Shown piece by piece: positions 47,089 through 60,900 of a stretch of 64,000 nucleotides of DNA. Position numbers and translations under genes: made by a program. The notes under the pieces were generated by a model. That model was given only the letters and a program-made list of their open reading frames with translations. It had not been told where the DNA came from and made no database searches. Source of the DNA: Styela clava (lineage: Eukaryota); assembly GCF_964204865.1 (NCBI RefSeq), contig NC_135257.1, positions 13,206,001 through 13,270,000 on the forward strand. Direction: 5' to 3'. Each line of letters opens with the position of its first letter. Positions within the stretch are counted from its first letter, which is position 1.

Positions 47089-47775
47089 ATGGATGTGACA
47101 ATGCAAGAAGAGAAATCTCCACAGAACGATAAAGAAAAATGGGTTGAAGAGATGGAAAATATGCACATTGAATCTGCTATTATGAACAGGTTAATCATGG
47201 ACTATTTGGTAACAGAAGGATACAAAGAGGCTGCAGAGAAATTCGAAATTGAAGCAGGTATAAGTGCTTCGGAATGCCTGAAAGGAATCGAAGGTCGAAT
47301 TAAAGTTCGAGATGCAATATTGAAAGGGTGTATATCAGAAGCAATCTCACTCATCAATGATCTGCACCCTGAGCTTTTAGATGATGACAGAGTGTTACTT
47401 TTCTATCTGCAGCTTCAGCAGTTAATTGAACTCATACGTGAACACAAAACGGAAGAAGCGTTGGAATTTGCCCAAACAAGTTTAAGTGAACGTGGTGAAG
47501 AAAGTCCAGAATGCCTTGTCGATATGGAAAGAGCTTTGGCTTTGCTGGCTTTTGAAAAGCCTGAAGAGTCGCCATTTTTGGACCTTTTATGCCCTGCACA
47601 AAGGCACAAAGTTTGGAGTCGTGTCAATGCTGCAATTATGGAATATGAAAACAAAGAATCTGTACCTTGCCTAACAAAATTAATAAAGCTTCTAATATGG
47701 TCTGAGTCTCAGCTTGAGGCAAAAGGAGTGCATTATCATAAGATGAATGATATTTCGAAGGGAGAAGTTTCTTAA
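47089..47775 (+). CDS. GID8: GID/CTLH complex subunit 8 (TWA1), single-exon CDS
   Basis: 228 aa; LisH ([21 protein letters not shown]), CTLH ([11 protein letters not shown]...[11 protein letters not shown]) and CRA ([10 protein letters not shown]) domains. Confidence 0.95.
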   Translation: MDVTMQEEKSPQNDKEKWVEEMENMHIESAIMNRLIMDYLVTEGYKEAAEKFEIEAGISASECLKGIEGRIKVRDAILKGCISEAISLINDLHPELLDDDRVLLFYLQLQQLIELIREHKTEEALEFAQTSLSERGEESPECLVDMERALALLAFEKPEESPFLDLLCPAQRHKVWSRVNAAIMEYENKESVPCLTKLIKLLIWSESQLEAKGVHYHKMNDISKGEVS

Positions 47776-48937
47776 CATTTAGAGTGAATCAAGATTATGA
47801 TTTATGAAACACTTAAATACATTTACATGTGGGCACTGTTCGGACATGCAGGTGCTATTGATACTTCCCTATGTTATATAATGAATTTTCTCAAATAGGC
47901 AAAGCATCTATGAAGAACATCTGTGCAGCTCATTTCATTCATAAATGTTCTTCAAGTCAATATCAACACTCCGCTGCATTTTACTAAGAACAATTGTGCA
48001 CCATTAACCAAGGACACTTAATTGTACAGTTTTATGAAACCAAGAATATACTTGAAGCTTCATAAACATGTATCTTTGCTATAAAAATTACCTAAGTGGT
48101 AAACTGTCTCTATAGTATTTCAATAAAGAAAGTCAGGAATGGAATTCCCTACAGGACATTGATGGAGACAGGAAGAATGATAAAATTTTGTCCAGACTAT
48201 TTTTTTTACCGCAGAATCATCAAGAATTAGTGTAAATAGCATAATGTCTCTACTAATATAATATTTATTCTCACTTATTTAATTAGGTCACTATTTCCCA
48301 CCAATTAGTTGCCATTGTATCTCAAAAGCAGGATTGATTAACACACTAAGAGACCAGCCTCGAGAATCTTATGGGCCAATCACTCTCTTAAGTGGGCCAC
48401 TTACAAGTAATAAACTTGGTTACTGGGCCCCCAAGGTTCATGAAAAACAGTTTAACTAGCGTCGATAACAATCTCCTTCCTGCCTGCTCATTTCACTGAT
48501 GTATATAATGCAATAGGTATTTATTGCATGAGAAATTTGTATCCGTAAAAACTATAGTCTTAATTTATAACAGGCGGAAGTGGGCCGGATGAAACACTCA
48601 TGTGGACCGAGGGATGTATTAAAAAGTACCTTGTCTCTAAATATTGCATTGAAAAAAAGACTGTACAAATCAACATCCCAAAATAGTTTTCGCAATTTAA
48701 TACTCCTGAATTCTAACATATTCATCTGAAAGGAACAAACTGATATGTTCTGTGGACAATTTAAAACATATTCTTCAGTCTATGTTGCATTCTAAAACAA
48801 CTTGCGAAATTTGGATACTTAATCAAACCTTGTCTAGAATAACTGTTTCTGATCGTATACCTCTACATTACATAAATGAAATACAACAATATATTGAAAT
48901 GGATCACACCATTTTATTACAATATGGAATATACCAC

Positions 48938-49638
<701 letters not shown>

Positions 49639-49756
49639 TTTCTAAAAACAAATTATATAACATTATTCATCAGTACAGACATTTCATTCAAGAGAATTGT
49701 GCCACAAATGGATTTAATTAATCCTGAATTGATTTAAAAGGTATTGCCCTATTATA

Positions 49757-51136
49757 CCAGACTGGATTTCAAGGCAGGTGAAGCCCGAAGGCGCTAGCGC
49801 TTCGTAGAAATGCACGCGAGCGAATTCAATTTTGCTTGCCGAAAACATGCAATTGCTCACTAATGAAAATCGGTTTAAATGGTTTTTAAATCAATAATCC
49901 GGTAATATAAAGATGCCAACAAATTGTAGCTCTACAATTGTGGACTACATAATAGCTTGCAAGATTTGGCCTGATCGAAAAATGCGAAGCAAAAAAGACC
50001 GTATTTCAAAATTGCTTAGCGGTATGGTGCATCGTGTTGAATGATAGGAATCCCGTGAGAATGGACCTTTGACCCCCGAAAAATTCTTCCTAAACTTTAC
50101 CATTGCAAAATTTTCAAGGCTATTTTTAGAGTGCTTTTGCGAGTTGGCGCCTGTAAAACGGGGTATGTGTTGCAAACCATCATTATGATTCATAGCATAC
50201 AATAATTTGTTTTTTAAAGTACCGGTAAAGAATTTTAGCCTGGTCTATCACAGCTATTTCTACACTAATTTTTTATTACTGCTATTAAATTAAAACTCCT
50301 AGGAAGACAGAGTGATCATTGAATTATCTGATTTATATTCAAGTTTTCGAAACACAACTGAAAACTGACGAATAGAGTTCGAAAATGATGTAATGTTTAT
50401 GACCATGCTTGAAAAAGTGTCTGAGCGGATGCGAAAAGGGAGTATTGTTATGTCACTTTTTGCATCTTGCTGATTGGCCAATGTCACGATGTAAACAAGG
50501 AAGTCGATGCTTGGGGAAAGGTCCATAGTTATGGGCGAAAAGATCGCCAGACTAGCCTGCGCTGGTCAGTTACTGATTCAGCGTATTTTTCATTCAATAA
50601 TTTAACATCGATGTACTGAACAGTACCGCTATCTAAAGTTGCACAAACACTCTCAAAATTAGTGACGAAGTATAAAAGTAATATTTGGGGTCAAATCTCC
50701 ATTTTGTTCTGATTCAACATATTTTTCACCAAATAATTATACGTAAAAACACTCCCAAAATTAACAGATTAATGACAAAGTATGTTCATTTTGCTCTGAT
50801 TCAACGTATTTCTTATCCAATAATTTTACGGGGATGTACTGAACAGTATCGGTATCCAAGGTCGCACAAACACTCAAAATTAATGACAAATTATAAAAAT
50901 AACGTTTATGGGTCAAAGGTAAAACGTCCATTTTTGCTCTGATTCGACAAATTTTTTATCCGGTAATTTTACGCCGATGTATTGAACAGTATTTAAAATC
51001 AGAATCAGTTGCACGCGGGCGCAGTTGATTTGCACGCCGTAAGCTATGATTGTGGCCGGGAATCCTGATTTGCACGCGGGAATTTCCGATTGCACGCCTG
51101 ATTTCTCGTTCAAAAAGGCCATGAAATCCAGACTGG
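49757..51136. mobile_element. DNA transposon derivative with 8-bp TSD, copy A, in FAU intron 1
   Basis: TIR CCAGACTGGATTTCA ... TGAAATCCAGACTGG; TSD CTATTATA / CGATTATA. Confidence 0.8.
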
Positions 51137-51434
51137 CGATTATACACGCGTCTTTATTTTATTGTGCTCTTTTGACTGTTTTTGGTGGACGGGCATGTAC
51201 TCGTACGTTTCTAACTTTTCATTAAGTAATGCCCATCCTCCAAATCCCCTGCATTTTGTTTGTCCGTTTGTTTCTTCCAGAGTGATCAAAATAAAATTGA
51301 TTGATTGAATTAATCAGAGGTACTTGATCTCAGCAATTTCATTAATTCTGAATCCAAAGTTCAGTCGCTGCTGTTTTCAATTGAAAACGGATCTCAGCAG
51401 ATTTCATAGATAGCATATAATTTGATGACTTACA

Positions 51435-52797
51435 CCAGGGGTCGACATCCTACAACCCGGCGGTTTTGACGATAATTTAATTTTATAACACACGCTCTGG
51501 AAGTTGAATATATTTGCTACGAAACAGAATTTATTGTGAGACATGTGTAGAATAAACTATATTATAACCTAACAATTTAGCGAACATCTACTCGTTTAAC
51601 AAGCCTAAAAGTTATTTATAATTAGACGATTGGCAACACGCAGGAAAATCTTCGCAGAGGGTTCAATGGCGCAGAAAATATTCGAATAGAGCTTCTTGAG
51701 ATGCAATGCAATGAGGAAATGAAATCCATATTTTATTAGAGAGATGTATCACTGCTTGATTTTTTATTAAAAGTATATTCTTGAAGGAAATCTCTATCCA
51801 AAATTGACAAACCGTGCGAAAAAATTCGAATCCATGCTTGGAAGTACATACATTCGACACCTCAAAACCAAACAGTGCTAAGTCCACTTTTCCAAAAAAT
51901 GACATTTTTACACTGCTGATTTTCCTGGACTTAGCTCTACATTTTGGTCTATTTGCCTTATGGACATAACCCTGCTTTTTTTAGGGCATTTGAGAACTAA
52001 ACAGAGCTGAGTCTACTATAGTGGACTTAGCTCTGGATAACTGCATTGTAAGTTGGGGCTAAGTCCCTTTTTTGGACATAGCTCCTCTCAAAAAATATAA
52101 TACAAAGCGCTAAGTCCATACCAGCCTCTATAATAACATAATAAAGGGGCCCTAAGTGCAATAAAATTGTTTCTGGTCCAGAAAATTGAGAGCCAAAAAG
52201 GGTTAAGTCCAAAAAAAAACCCCTCAAAAAAAATTGGGGCGGAGCCAAATTTTTTTATACCATCTAAATATGGCCTTCATTGTAACTTTGGTGGACCATA
52301 AAAACTAGACATCCTCGATGTAAGGTATTAGAGAAATAAAAAAAAGAAACAAAAAAAAACTTTTTTGCGTTTTTCTCAAAACTAGAAAAATGGACTTAGC
52401 CCAATTTGGATTTCATGCGTCGATGTGTGTACGAACAATTAATTTCAAAAGTGAACATTACAAAGAACAATCTGAAGACTCGGATTAGTGATGCCCATTT
52501 GGAAAATGTTCTAATCTTGGCCTAATAGTTATCAAGCGTGATGCAAAAAGTGCCACATTGGGTGTCATTTGTAAATTTTTTTAGTAAGACGACAGAGTTG
52601 AGTTCATGAGTTGCAACAGTTTTCGCACTGTTTAAAATCTGAAATTTCTGATCTGTGAGAAAAAATTTGGGTTTCATCGGTCATCCGTCCTATTTTTAAC
52701 TTTCTAAAAATACAAAAATATGTGCGGTCCGCCAAGACTTGCAACCCTTAATTTAACACTCGCTCAAAAATTTCCCAAAAGTCTCAAGCCTGCCTGG
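51435..52797. mobile_element. Degenerate hAT-like element containing a nested inverted-repeat element (~51849-52427)
   Basis: Starts CAGGGGTCG. Nested unit has imperfect TIRs (cattcgacacctcaaaaccaaacagtgctaagtcca / tggacttagcccaatttggatttcatgcgtcgatg) and repeated ctaagtcca/tggacttag motifs. Confidence 0.45.
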
Positions 52798-52842
52798 TCA
52801 TTCCATTTAGATGACTGAGCCTTCGAAATAGGTGGCTGAAGT

Positions 52843-53489
52843 CCAGTCTGGATTTCATGGCCTTTTTGAACGAGAAATCGGGCGTGCAATCAGAAATTCC
52901 CGCGTGCAAATACGAATTTCTGGCATGCAATTACAGCTCATGGCGTGCAAAACAACTGCGCCCGCGTGAAACTGACTTCGGCCTAAGATACCTTTCAATA
53001 CATCCGCGTAAAATTACCGGTATTGGATACAAAATATGTTGAATCATAGCAAAAATGGACGTTTGACCTTTGACCCCAAACATTATTTCTATATTATTCT
53101 CACTAATTTTGAGAGTGTTCGTGCGACTTTATATACCGGTACTGTTCAGTACATCCGTGTAAAATTATTGTATAAAAAATACGCTGAATCAAAGCCATAA
53201 CTGGCCAGCGTCGGTGAGGAGGCGATCTTTCTCATTCAACACGATATGGTTTTTTGCTTCGCATTTTCCGATCATGCCAAATCGTGCAAGCTAGTATTAG
53301 TCGACAATTGTGGAGTTATAATTTTTTGGCATCTTTATATTACTAGATTATTGATTTAAAAACTATTTAAACCGATTTACATTGGTGAGCAATTGCAAAT
53401 TTTCGGCGTGCAAAATTGAATTCGCTCGCGTGCATTTTTGTGGAGCGCTAGCGCCCTCGGGCGTGCATCTTCCATGGAATCCAGTCTGG
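52843..53489. mobile_element. Same family, copy B (shorter, inverted relative to A)
   Basis: TIR CCAGTCTGGATTTCATGG ... CCATGGAATCCAGTCTGG; perfect 8-bp TSD GCTGAAGT. Confidence 0.85.
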
Positions 53490-53829
53490 GCTGAAGTAGC
53501 GTCAATGATTACAGTCTTTTTAAGGCTTCCCCAACTCAGATAGCAGGATTGGTCTCCGATTCGTAAACACATATTAACTCAAAATAATTATATAAATCTT
53601 GATGAGAACAATGAGACTACCGGTATAGTAACTAATTTCCATGTTAGCAAGCACTTATTTTCCTGATTTCATATATTCGTATAACCGCACCAGTAATCTC
53701 CTTCCACCATTACGTTAAAACATAGCGACCAAAACAAGCTGGGGTATATTACGTTCCATAGTTGCAGAATTTAGTGGAGGAAACTTTGCGTCACTATATT
53801 AGTCTAAAATCGATCTAAAACTCACTTAC

Positions 53830-53891
53830 GATATTCAAGAACGCCAGGCGTTGATCAAGCACAGCAACACAACAGGGTAAAAGGGAGAAGG
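53830..53891 (-). promoter_or_regulatory. FAU: Probable non-coding exon 1 and 5'TOP/TCT initiator of FAU
   Basis: Minus strand reads cgcCTTCTCCCTTTTACCC...gaatatc|GTAAGT. A polypyrimidine start plus strong donor is typical of ribosomal-protein genes; it implies a ~4.2 kb intron 1 ending at the acceptor at ~49642. Confidence 0.7.
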
Positions 53892-56039
53892 CGATTGTGG
53901 CACCTGGGATGTGCAATGTGCTTAACTCGCTATAGCGAAAATGTATGTATTTCTCTGGAATATTTTTATGGTATGGCTGTATGTGACACTTTCGATTCTG
54001 TTAGCAACGGACAATGTGATAGCCGTGAAAAAAGGCCCTGAAAAACGCCTAGAAAATGAGTTTTGTAGCGCACATACAGGAACTACCTGGAAATGATTCT
54101 AAAATGTTCCTTAGAAATTTAGTAACAAATAATGCCTTGTTCCCACTTCCAAAAGTTGCAAGTTTAACGGAAAGGACGCTTTTACTACAAGAAATATGTG
54201 CTACGATCTGTCCTATATTTTCTACATTTCCGGCAATGACTTCTGCATGACGTAACAATTGAATTAAATCAGCTGTTAACGAGAGAATTTATTTTTTTTT
54301 TTTGCGTTGAGTTGGGTAGCCTTTCCATAGCTCTATTATTGTTATTAGTTAAGTTATGCTAAGACGTTGTTAAAAAGTATAAGTAAGTTGTTAAACATTT
54401 GTAGATCCTTACCACGGATATAGGTCGTGAGACGAGGGCTTAAATAACGTCCAAAAATGAGTTTTGTAGCACACATCTGGTAACTAAATGAATTCTTTAG
54501 TTTTGTATGAAAATGAACATACTGAACGCATTACAGCTTGTTCCACAATCCTGATGCGAAATTGAATATAAGGTGTTGCGTAAATTCAATAATCATAGGT
54601 TTACAGAGAGAGAGTTTATTTGTTTTGTCTACCAGACATCATATACACAACAAAAACATGAATGATAATAAGCGGAACAGTTCTCGGTATAGACTGCGGG
54701 TGATAACGATACGACCATGCGATCATCAGAGTCAGTTACCACCCAACATTAATATCAATAAACATGAATAAAAAATGCTTCAGATATGTTTTAACATATT
54801 TTAGGTGTGTCCAAAAACAACATTAAATTTCCATGGAAAGAAAGAAAAAATACTAAAATATTTTCTTATACACAATAGGCGTTTAAAGTTAAATAGAATT
54901 TCGGGGATGTTGCACACTTGATCAAGTGTGGTATTGGTCAAATTTTATATGGATATGTATTTTTGAGTATATGGATGCATGAATTGCGTGGAATTGGGTT
55001 TTTAAAGTTGAAGGATACACAATAACTTTTTGTGTAAATGGTGGAAGACTTTAGGCAGCATATATATGAAGACGTTAAACAAAATAACTACAAAGTAACA
55101 AAATAAATTTGAACAGTTTATAAGGTTCAGAGAAAAAGGAAAAAAAAAAGCAAAATCTCAAAATTGAGCTTAAGCTGGGACATGCAAAATAATACAACAA
55201 CGCAGCATAAGAACTATGTAATTCAAGAGGCCTACAGCACACTAACACAAATGTATTTCTGTAACGTCTTGCCTGACCAAAATCAGACTTCCTCAGTCAA
55301 CCATAATTTATTAGGTAAATTACGAAAAATATGCCATACATGTAACCAACAACAAAAAATACTTTAATTGTGTGACAGCAGTCTCGAGGGACCTCGAAAG
55401 ATCCTCAAGCAGCGACAACAACAACGCCGATTCAGATTAGCGAATAAATTTTATGTAATAACAACACATGAGCAGTTTACAACAAGAACAGCATAAGAAG
55501 TTTGCGTTGCATTCATTTTATAGAAGCTATCAAACGTAATCATTTTTAAGCAATGAAGTCACAAATCAACATCGTGAGCACAATAACACAAATAAATCAG
55601 TTATTTCTCACTTAGAAATTTACCGGAAAAGTAAAGAAAATTAAATGAATGTACATTATGTACATAACATAGTGAACAGAAATGTTACAATTAGTCTTTT
55701 TTTAGTTTATGTGGCTATGTATTTGAACAAAAGCAATATTATTTCTCTGGTACCAAAGTTACCCCAGCAGACATCACTCTCCTTTTTGAACGCGCCTATC
55801 ACGGTTGCAAGAACTCAGATTTCAATTGAGCGATGCGAGAGTTTACGAAAAAAGCATCGATGCAAAATCAGCTGATGCTTGATGCTTTGCCAGATTGATC
55901 ATGAAAACTGTGAATAATTGCCAAAAAAATATAGTTCTCCCCCAAATATCAGTGTCTTACACATATATCCGCTTAGTATAATAAAAATAAGTTTAAGTGC
56001 TTATAATAAGAAGTAAAAACAACGAGTTTGACAAAGATT

Positions 56040-56870
56040 GGATAGGTGGGTGATATATTTATTATCTTTAAAACCTGGCCCAGTCGTCAAATTTTAATAA
56101 AAATGGCAAAAAGACCTATTTTGCCCCCAAAAAGATGTGTCTTACAATCATGTCATCTCCATTTATAAATAAACAGCAGTAGAACATATAATAAAGTGTT
56201 TATACAACGAGTTTCAAAAACTTTGTATGGGGAGAAGATATTTTTATTATCGTTTAAAGTTTAAACATGGCACGATAGTCAACTTATTAAAAAAAATGGC
56301 AAAATGACCTATTTTAACTCAAAAATGATTGTCTTACAATTACGGGCCCCTCATTTACACGAAACAAGCAATAGTACATATAATAAAGTGTCAATACAGC
56401 GAGTTTGAAAAAGTTTGTATGGGGGGAAGATATTTTTATTATCGCTTAAACATGGCCTGCTAGTCAATTCATGATAGAAATGGCAAAGAAAAACTATTTT
56501 GTCACAAAACATAAGTGTCTTACAATTACGGCCCCCCCATTACACAAGACCAGCAGTAGTACATATAATAAAGTGTTTATACAGCGAGTTTGAAAAAGTT
56601 TTTATGGTGAGAAGATACTGTAATTATCGCTCAAACATGGCCCGCTAGTCAATTTAATATAGAAATGGCAAAAAGATCTATTTACCCCCAAAAAATGAGT
56701 GTCTTACAATTACGGGCCCCTCATTAACACAAGACCAGTGGTAGTACATCTAATAAAGTGTTAATACAGCAAGTTTGAAAAAGTTTGTATGGCGGGAAGA
56801 TATTTTTATTATCGCTTAAACATGGCCCGCTAGTCAATTTATGATAGAAATGGCAAAAAGACCTGTTTTT
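56040..56870 (+). repeat. ~185-bp tandem array (~4.5 units), left arm
   Basis: tagtcaatt...agaaatggcaaa recurs at 56461, 56646 and 56831 (185-bp period). Confidence 0.9.
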
Positions 56871-57115
56871 ATAGTCGGGAAGTAATGACTAAATTTAAAA
56901 CGTTTTATGTACCCAAAATTTGATTTAGGCAAGTTTGGTACAACAATAGGCTATGAAAAGTATAAGCATTTTACGCAAAATCATCGGTCTCTAACAAACA
57001 TAACTTAGCAAAAGATAATCAAACACAGGGGAATCAAGGAGAAAAGTCAACTGAAGCTAAAGCGTACTCGTTTCAACAACAGGTGGTTTAAACGTCTTGA
57101 TGGAATCGCTGTAGT

Positions 57116-58324
57116 CAGGGGCGGATTATGCCCCTTTGGTGCCCTAAGCACTAAAGACTTTGGTACCCCCGTATGTGTAATTCGATTATAAAAACAACAA
57201 AACCACATAAGTGTATTATCCATTAAAAATAAATCACAACCAACAGTAAATAAAACAACTTTTACGAATATTTTTAGATTTTTTAACTGGTATATACAGC
57301 GAAAACTTTTGAGAAGGTCTCGCGGGCCGCAAGTCGGAGAAAACCCAAAAGAAAATATCGCGAGTTTACTTACTTTTGATTAATAAACAACGAGAGTTTA
57401 CCGTTCTGATCAGACCAATATCATGCTGCACGGGTGGCGTGAACCTTCAGCGAGGACAAGCTTAATAGTGCCATCGTCAAATAACCACCGAGTCCGTCTA
57501 AGTTGGTATTTCGGGACCTTGCAGAAAAAAAGGGATTGCGCGGCGTTAAGTCGGCTCTGCGTTTCGTCACTACTGTCACATGGCCTACGCTTAAAAACAG
57601 AGGAGTGTTTTTACTAAAATAAAGGCACAAAGCGTTAGAAAAAAGGGGTTTGAATCTCGGGATTTCAACCCCTATTGGAATATATAAAAAAAAAAATAAA
57701 AAAGCCCTGCTATTAAATACAAATATACACTAAAATTGTTCTGTGGGCTACACGTAAGGTACCAGAATGTCAGGGTTTGGACCACCCTGGTCTACCTTAT
57801 CAAAAACTCCCGACTACGCTGATCACTAGATCGTTAAAATGCGATCGTGGAACCGCCACATAGTGCAAATAGTTCATTGGTTCAATTTTTAGAGAGAAAA
57901 AAAAGCAGCAACAAGGAGAATACTAGAAAGAAAAAACAATTTTACAAAACGACTCATAGGCCATTTCGTGTCCAATAAATAAGTTTCAGTGTTTATTTTC
58001 GATAAAGAAGATAATATATTACTTGAAGACGAAAAATAAGCGAAAATTTGGAAGTTTGAGTCGTATGGTGAATTCGTAATATTTTAAACGAGAATATCGG
58101 TCATAGACCGAGGACTTATCGATCAAAAGTTAGGGGATCCCCCAAAACAGCGCTCTTACTGTATAGTGACACCTCGTGTCCCATCACTAATTAATTAATA
58201 ACTCGCTAATTAAGCGACATAATTCGCCCAAAATAAATAGGCTTCTGGTCCGAGATATGATGAATGCACATGAAATATCTGGAGCAGATTCAATCTTGTT
58301 TTTGTGAGATACCGCGTGCATCTA

Positions 58325-58361
<37 letters not shown>

Positions 58362-58510
58362 TACCTATCAACATACTTACCGATTAAAATCGATAAGTAA
58401 TAAACACCGATAAAATATTTAAAATTCTGCTATAAAAATTTCTGTGGTGCCCCTCTTTGCTTGGTGCCCTAAGCACGTGTCTATGTTGTTTAATGGTTAA
58501 TTCGGCACTG
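57116..58510. mobile_element. hAT (Ac/Tip100-like) element nested in the foldback core
   Basis: Ends CAGGGGCGGATTA ... TAATTCGGCACTG, subterminal ggtgccctaagcac at both ends, perfect 8-bp TSD GCTGTAGT (57108-57115, 58511-58518). Confidence 0.85.
58110..58402. mobile_element. Helentron-associated (DINE/HINE-like) element with (GACA)n microsatellite
   Basis: acttatcgat near 58114, (ACAG)n at 58325-58359, terminal hairpin ACTTACCGAT-taaa-ATCGATAAGT at 58375-58398; 5' boundary uncertain. Confidence 0.6.
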
Positions 58511-58789
58511 GCTGTAGTGTATGATCAACTTCATAATTCCCTAATTAGGGAGTCTCAGGATAATTTGATTGTTCGTCTCGAAAAAAGGAAAGTTGAAAAC
58601 AGAGACCAAATTGACCAAGAAATTGAGAAATGGGGTAAAAGATGTAGAAATATGGGTAATGATAAATCGAAAGGTATATATTTATAGCCACCGTCTAGAC
58701 CTCTGAAAGCTTCTTGCCTAATGTATTGATCGATAAAGATGTATTGAAAACGGAAATGATATGTGAGGCGTCTTCTCAGTCAATGGCAT

Positions 58790-59522
58790 TTGCGATTTAG
58801 TTCATACAAAATTGATTTTCAAAACTTGGTACATATGTCCAACGTTGGCTTTGAAATATTGAGCTCCGATACTAATTTCCAAAGGAATTGGTTCACATCG
58901 GACATTATAAATACCGCATCGCTAATTTTGTCATCGCAGTACCCAAATGCTGAGGGCCTTCAAAGCACGACACTTTATACCACAATATCTGGCCCAAAGG
59001 TCCACGCTCCCTGATAATCCCTGGGTAGCTGCGACAAACATATTTTCGTTCAATCAGAATACCATTCAAATCTATGATAGTTCGTACTTGAAATACACAG
59101 AAAATGACAAATATGCTATTTCGCTTCTCATGCGGCCAACATTAGGAACAAACAAACTACAGATTGAATTTCCTCTCGTCCAGCAACAAACGTTAGATGC
59201 ATCATGCGGACCATTTGCAATAGGTTTTTGCATAGCTTTATGCAAAAGAATTAGACCAGGGATATAGTTTTTGATGAGATAAAGTTCTAAAGTTCTAAAC
59301 GATTTTCACCAAATTTCAATATCGACCGAAACCACAATAAAACTAATACGAAGTTCATGGTTATTCAGATATTTTTGTAACTGCCGACTGCCCTACATGC
59401 AAAATCAGACTATGATAGATTGCACTTCATGTTTGGAATGGTACCACCCGGAATGTTGCAATACTCCTGTGCCAACTGAGGCACTGGAAGATTGCAAAAT
59501 TGAATGAAATTGCGAGAAATGC
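58790..59522 (+). pseudogene. Decayed ULP1/C48-like cysteine protease + PHD finger gene carried in the foldback core
   Basis: Frameshifted pieces: WFTSDIINTASLILSSQYPNAEGLQST / NPWVAATN...IQIYDS...VQQQTLDASCGPFAIGFCIALC / FCNCRLPY...MIDCTSCLEWYHPECC...IE*NCEKC. Confidence 0.8.
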
Positions 59523-59809
59523 AATCGATGCTAAATTTTTCCGTTATATATTCACCATAATCCTAACTCCAATTATTTTTCAGGTCCATCAGCTTCATGG
59601 ACACACAAATGATCAGTCTAATTTACCTTTAGCAATATATGCCAAAAATAAGGGTTTTCTCTCTCGATCGTCGCCAGTTTTGAGAGATGAAAACCACCAC
59701 GGTAGTTGGCACCTTGACGTGGTATGGTGGCTTACTACTGAGACCAACTATTTACCCAATGCAGTGGGTGTGTTTTCCACCCCGAGTGTAAGTGGGGAAC
59801 CCTGATTAT

Positions 59810-60900
59810 AAAACACTTATTTTTTAGGGGCGAATTGCCATTTTTTCCCCATAAATTCACGATCGAACCATGTTTAAACGAGAATAAAAATATTTTCCCC
59901 CATACAAACTTTTCAACACTTGGTTACATTTACTACTGCTGGTCTTGTGTAAATGGGGGGGGGGGGGAAGGGGGGGATTATAAGGATATGTAAACATTTA
60001 TAATAAATAATATAGCACAAGTTATGGTGCATGGAATGGTTAATTTAATTGTAGGGCACCCTCTTTTTTGGGGCAGAATAGGTCTTTTCCCCATTTTTCT
60101 CATAATCTTTTATCGGGCAATGTTTAAACGAGAATAAAAATATCTTCCCCCCATACAAACTTTTTAAAATTCGCTGTATTACAATTTTATTACATGTACT
60201 ACTACTGGTCTTGTGTAAATGTGGGAACCGTAATTGTAAGACACTCATTTTTTGGGGCAAAAGAGGTCTTTTTGCCATTTCTATCATAAATTGACTATTG
60301 GGCCATGTTTAAGCGATAATCAAAGTACCTCCCCCCCCCCCCCATACAAACTTTTTTAAACCCGCTGTTTAAACACTTTATTATATGTTCTACTACTGGT
60401 CTTGTGTAAATTTGGGGACCTTAATTGTAAGACACTCATTTTTGGAGCAAAATAGGTCTTTTTGCCATTTCTATCATAAATTGACTAGCGGGCCATGTTT
60501 AAGCGATAACAAAAATATCTTCCCCCCATACAAACTTTTTCGAACTAGCTGTATGAGCACTTTATTATATGTACTATTGCTTGTTTTGTGTAAATGATAG
60601 GACCGTAATTGTAAGACACTCAATTTTGCGTGAAAATAGGTCATTTCGCCATTTTTTTTCATAAGTTGACTATCGTTCCATGTTTAAACGATAATAAAAA
60701 TATCTCCCCCCCCCCCCCCCCCTTACAGACTCGTTGTATAAACACTTTATTATATGTACTACTGCTGTTTTTGTATAAATAGGGAGGACCATGATTGTAA
60801 GACACATCTTTTGGGGGGCAAAATAGGTCTTTTTACCAATTTTAGTAAAAATTGACGACTGGGCCAGGTTTGAACGCTAATAAATATATCTTCCGCCCAA
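59810..60900 (-). repeat. Inverted copy of the ~185-bp tandem array (~5-6 units), right arm
   Basis: Reverse-complement units (tttgccatttctatcataaattgacta..ggccatgtttaagcgataa), with poly-C/G expansions. Confidence 0.9.

Noticed and set aside
50913-53042. Two similar ORFs beginning MAFLNEKSGVQSEIPACK
   Set aside because: They are translations of the ends of two copies of the same non-autonomous transposon, not a gene family.
56040-60900. Regularly spaced repeats as a CRISPR-like array
   Set aside because: Whole 185-bp units are homologous with no unique spacers, the context is eukaryotic, and no cas genes are present.
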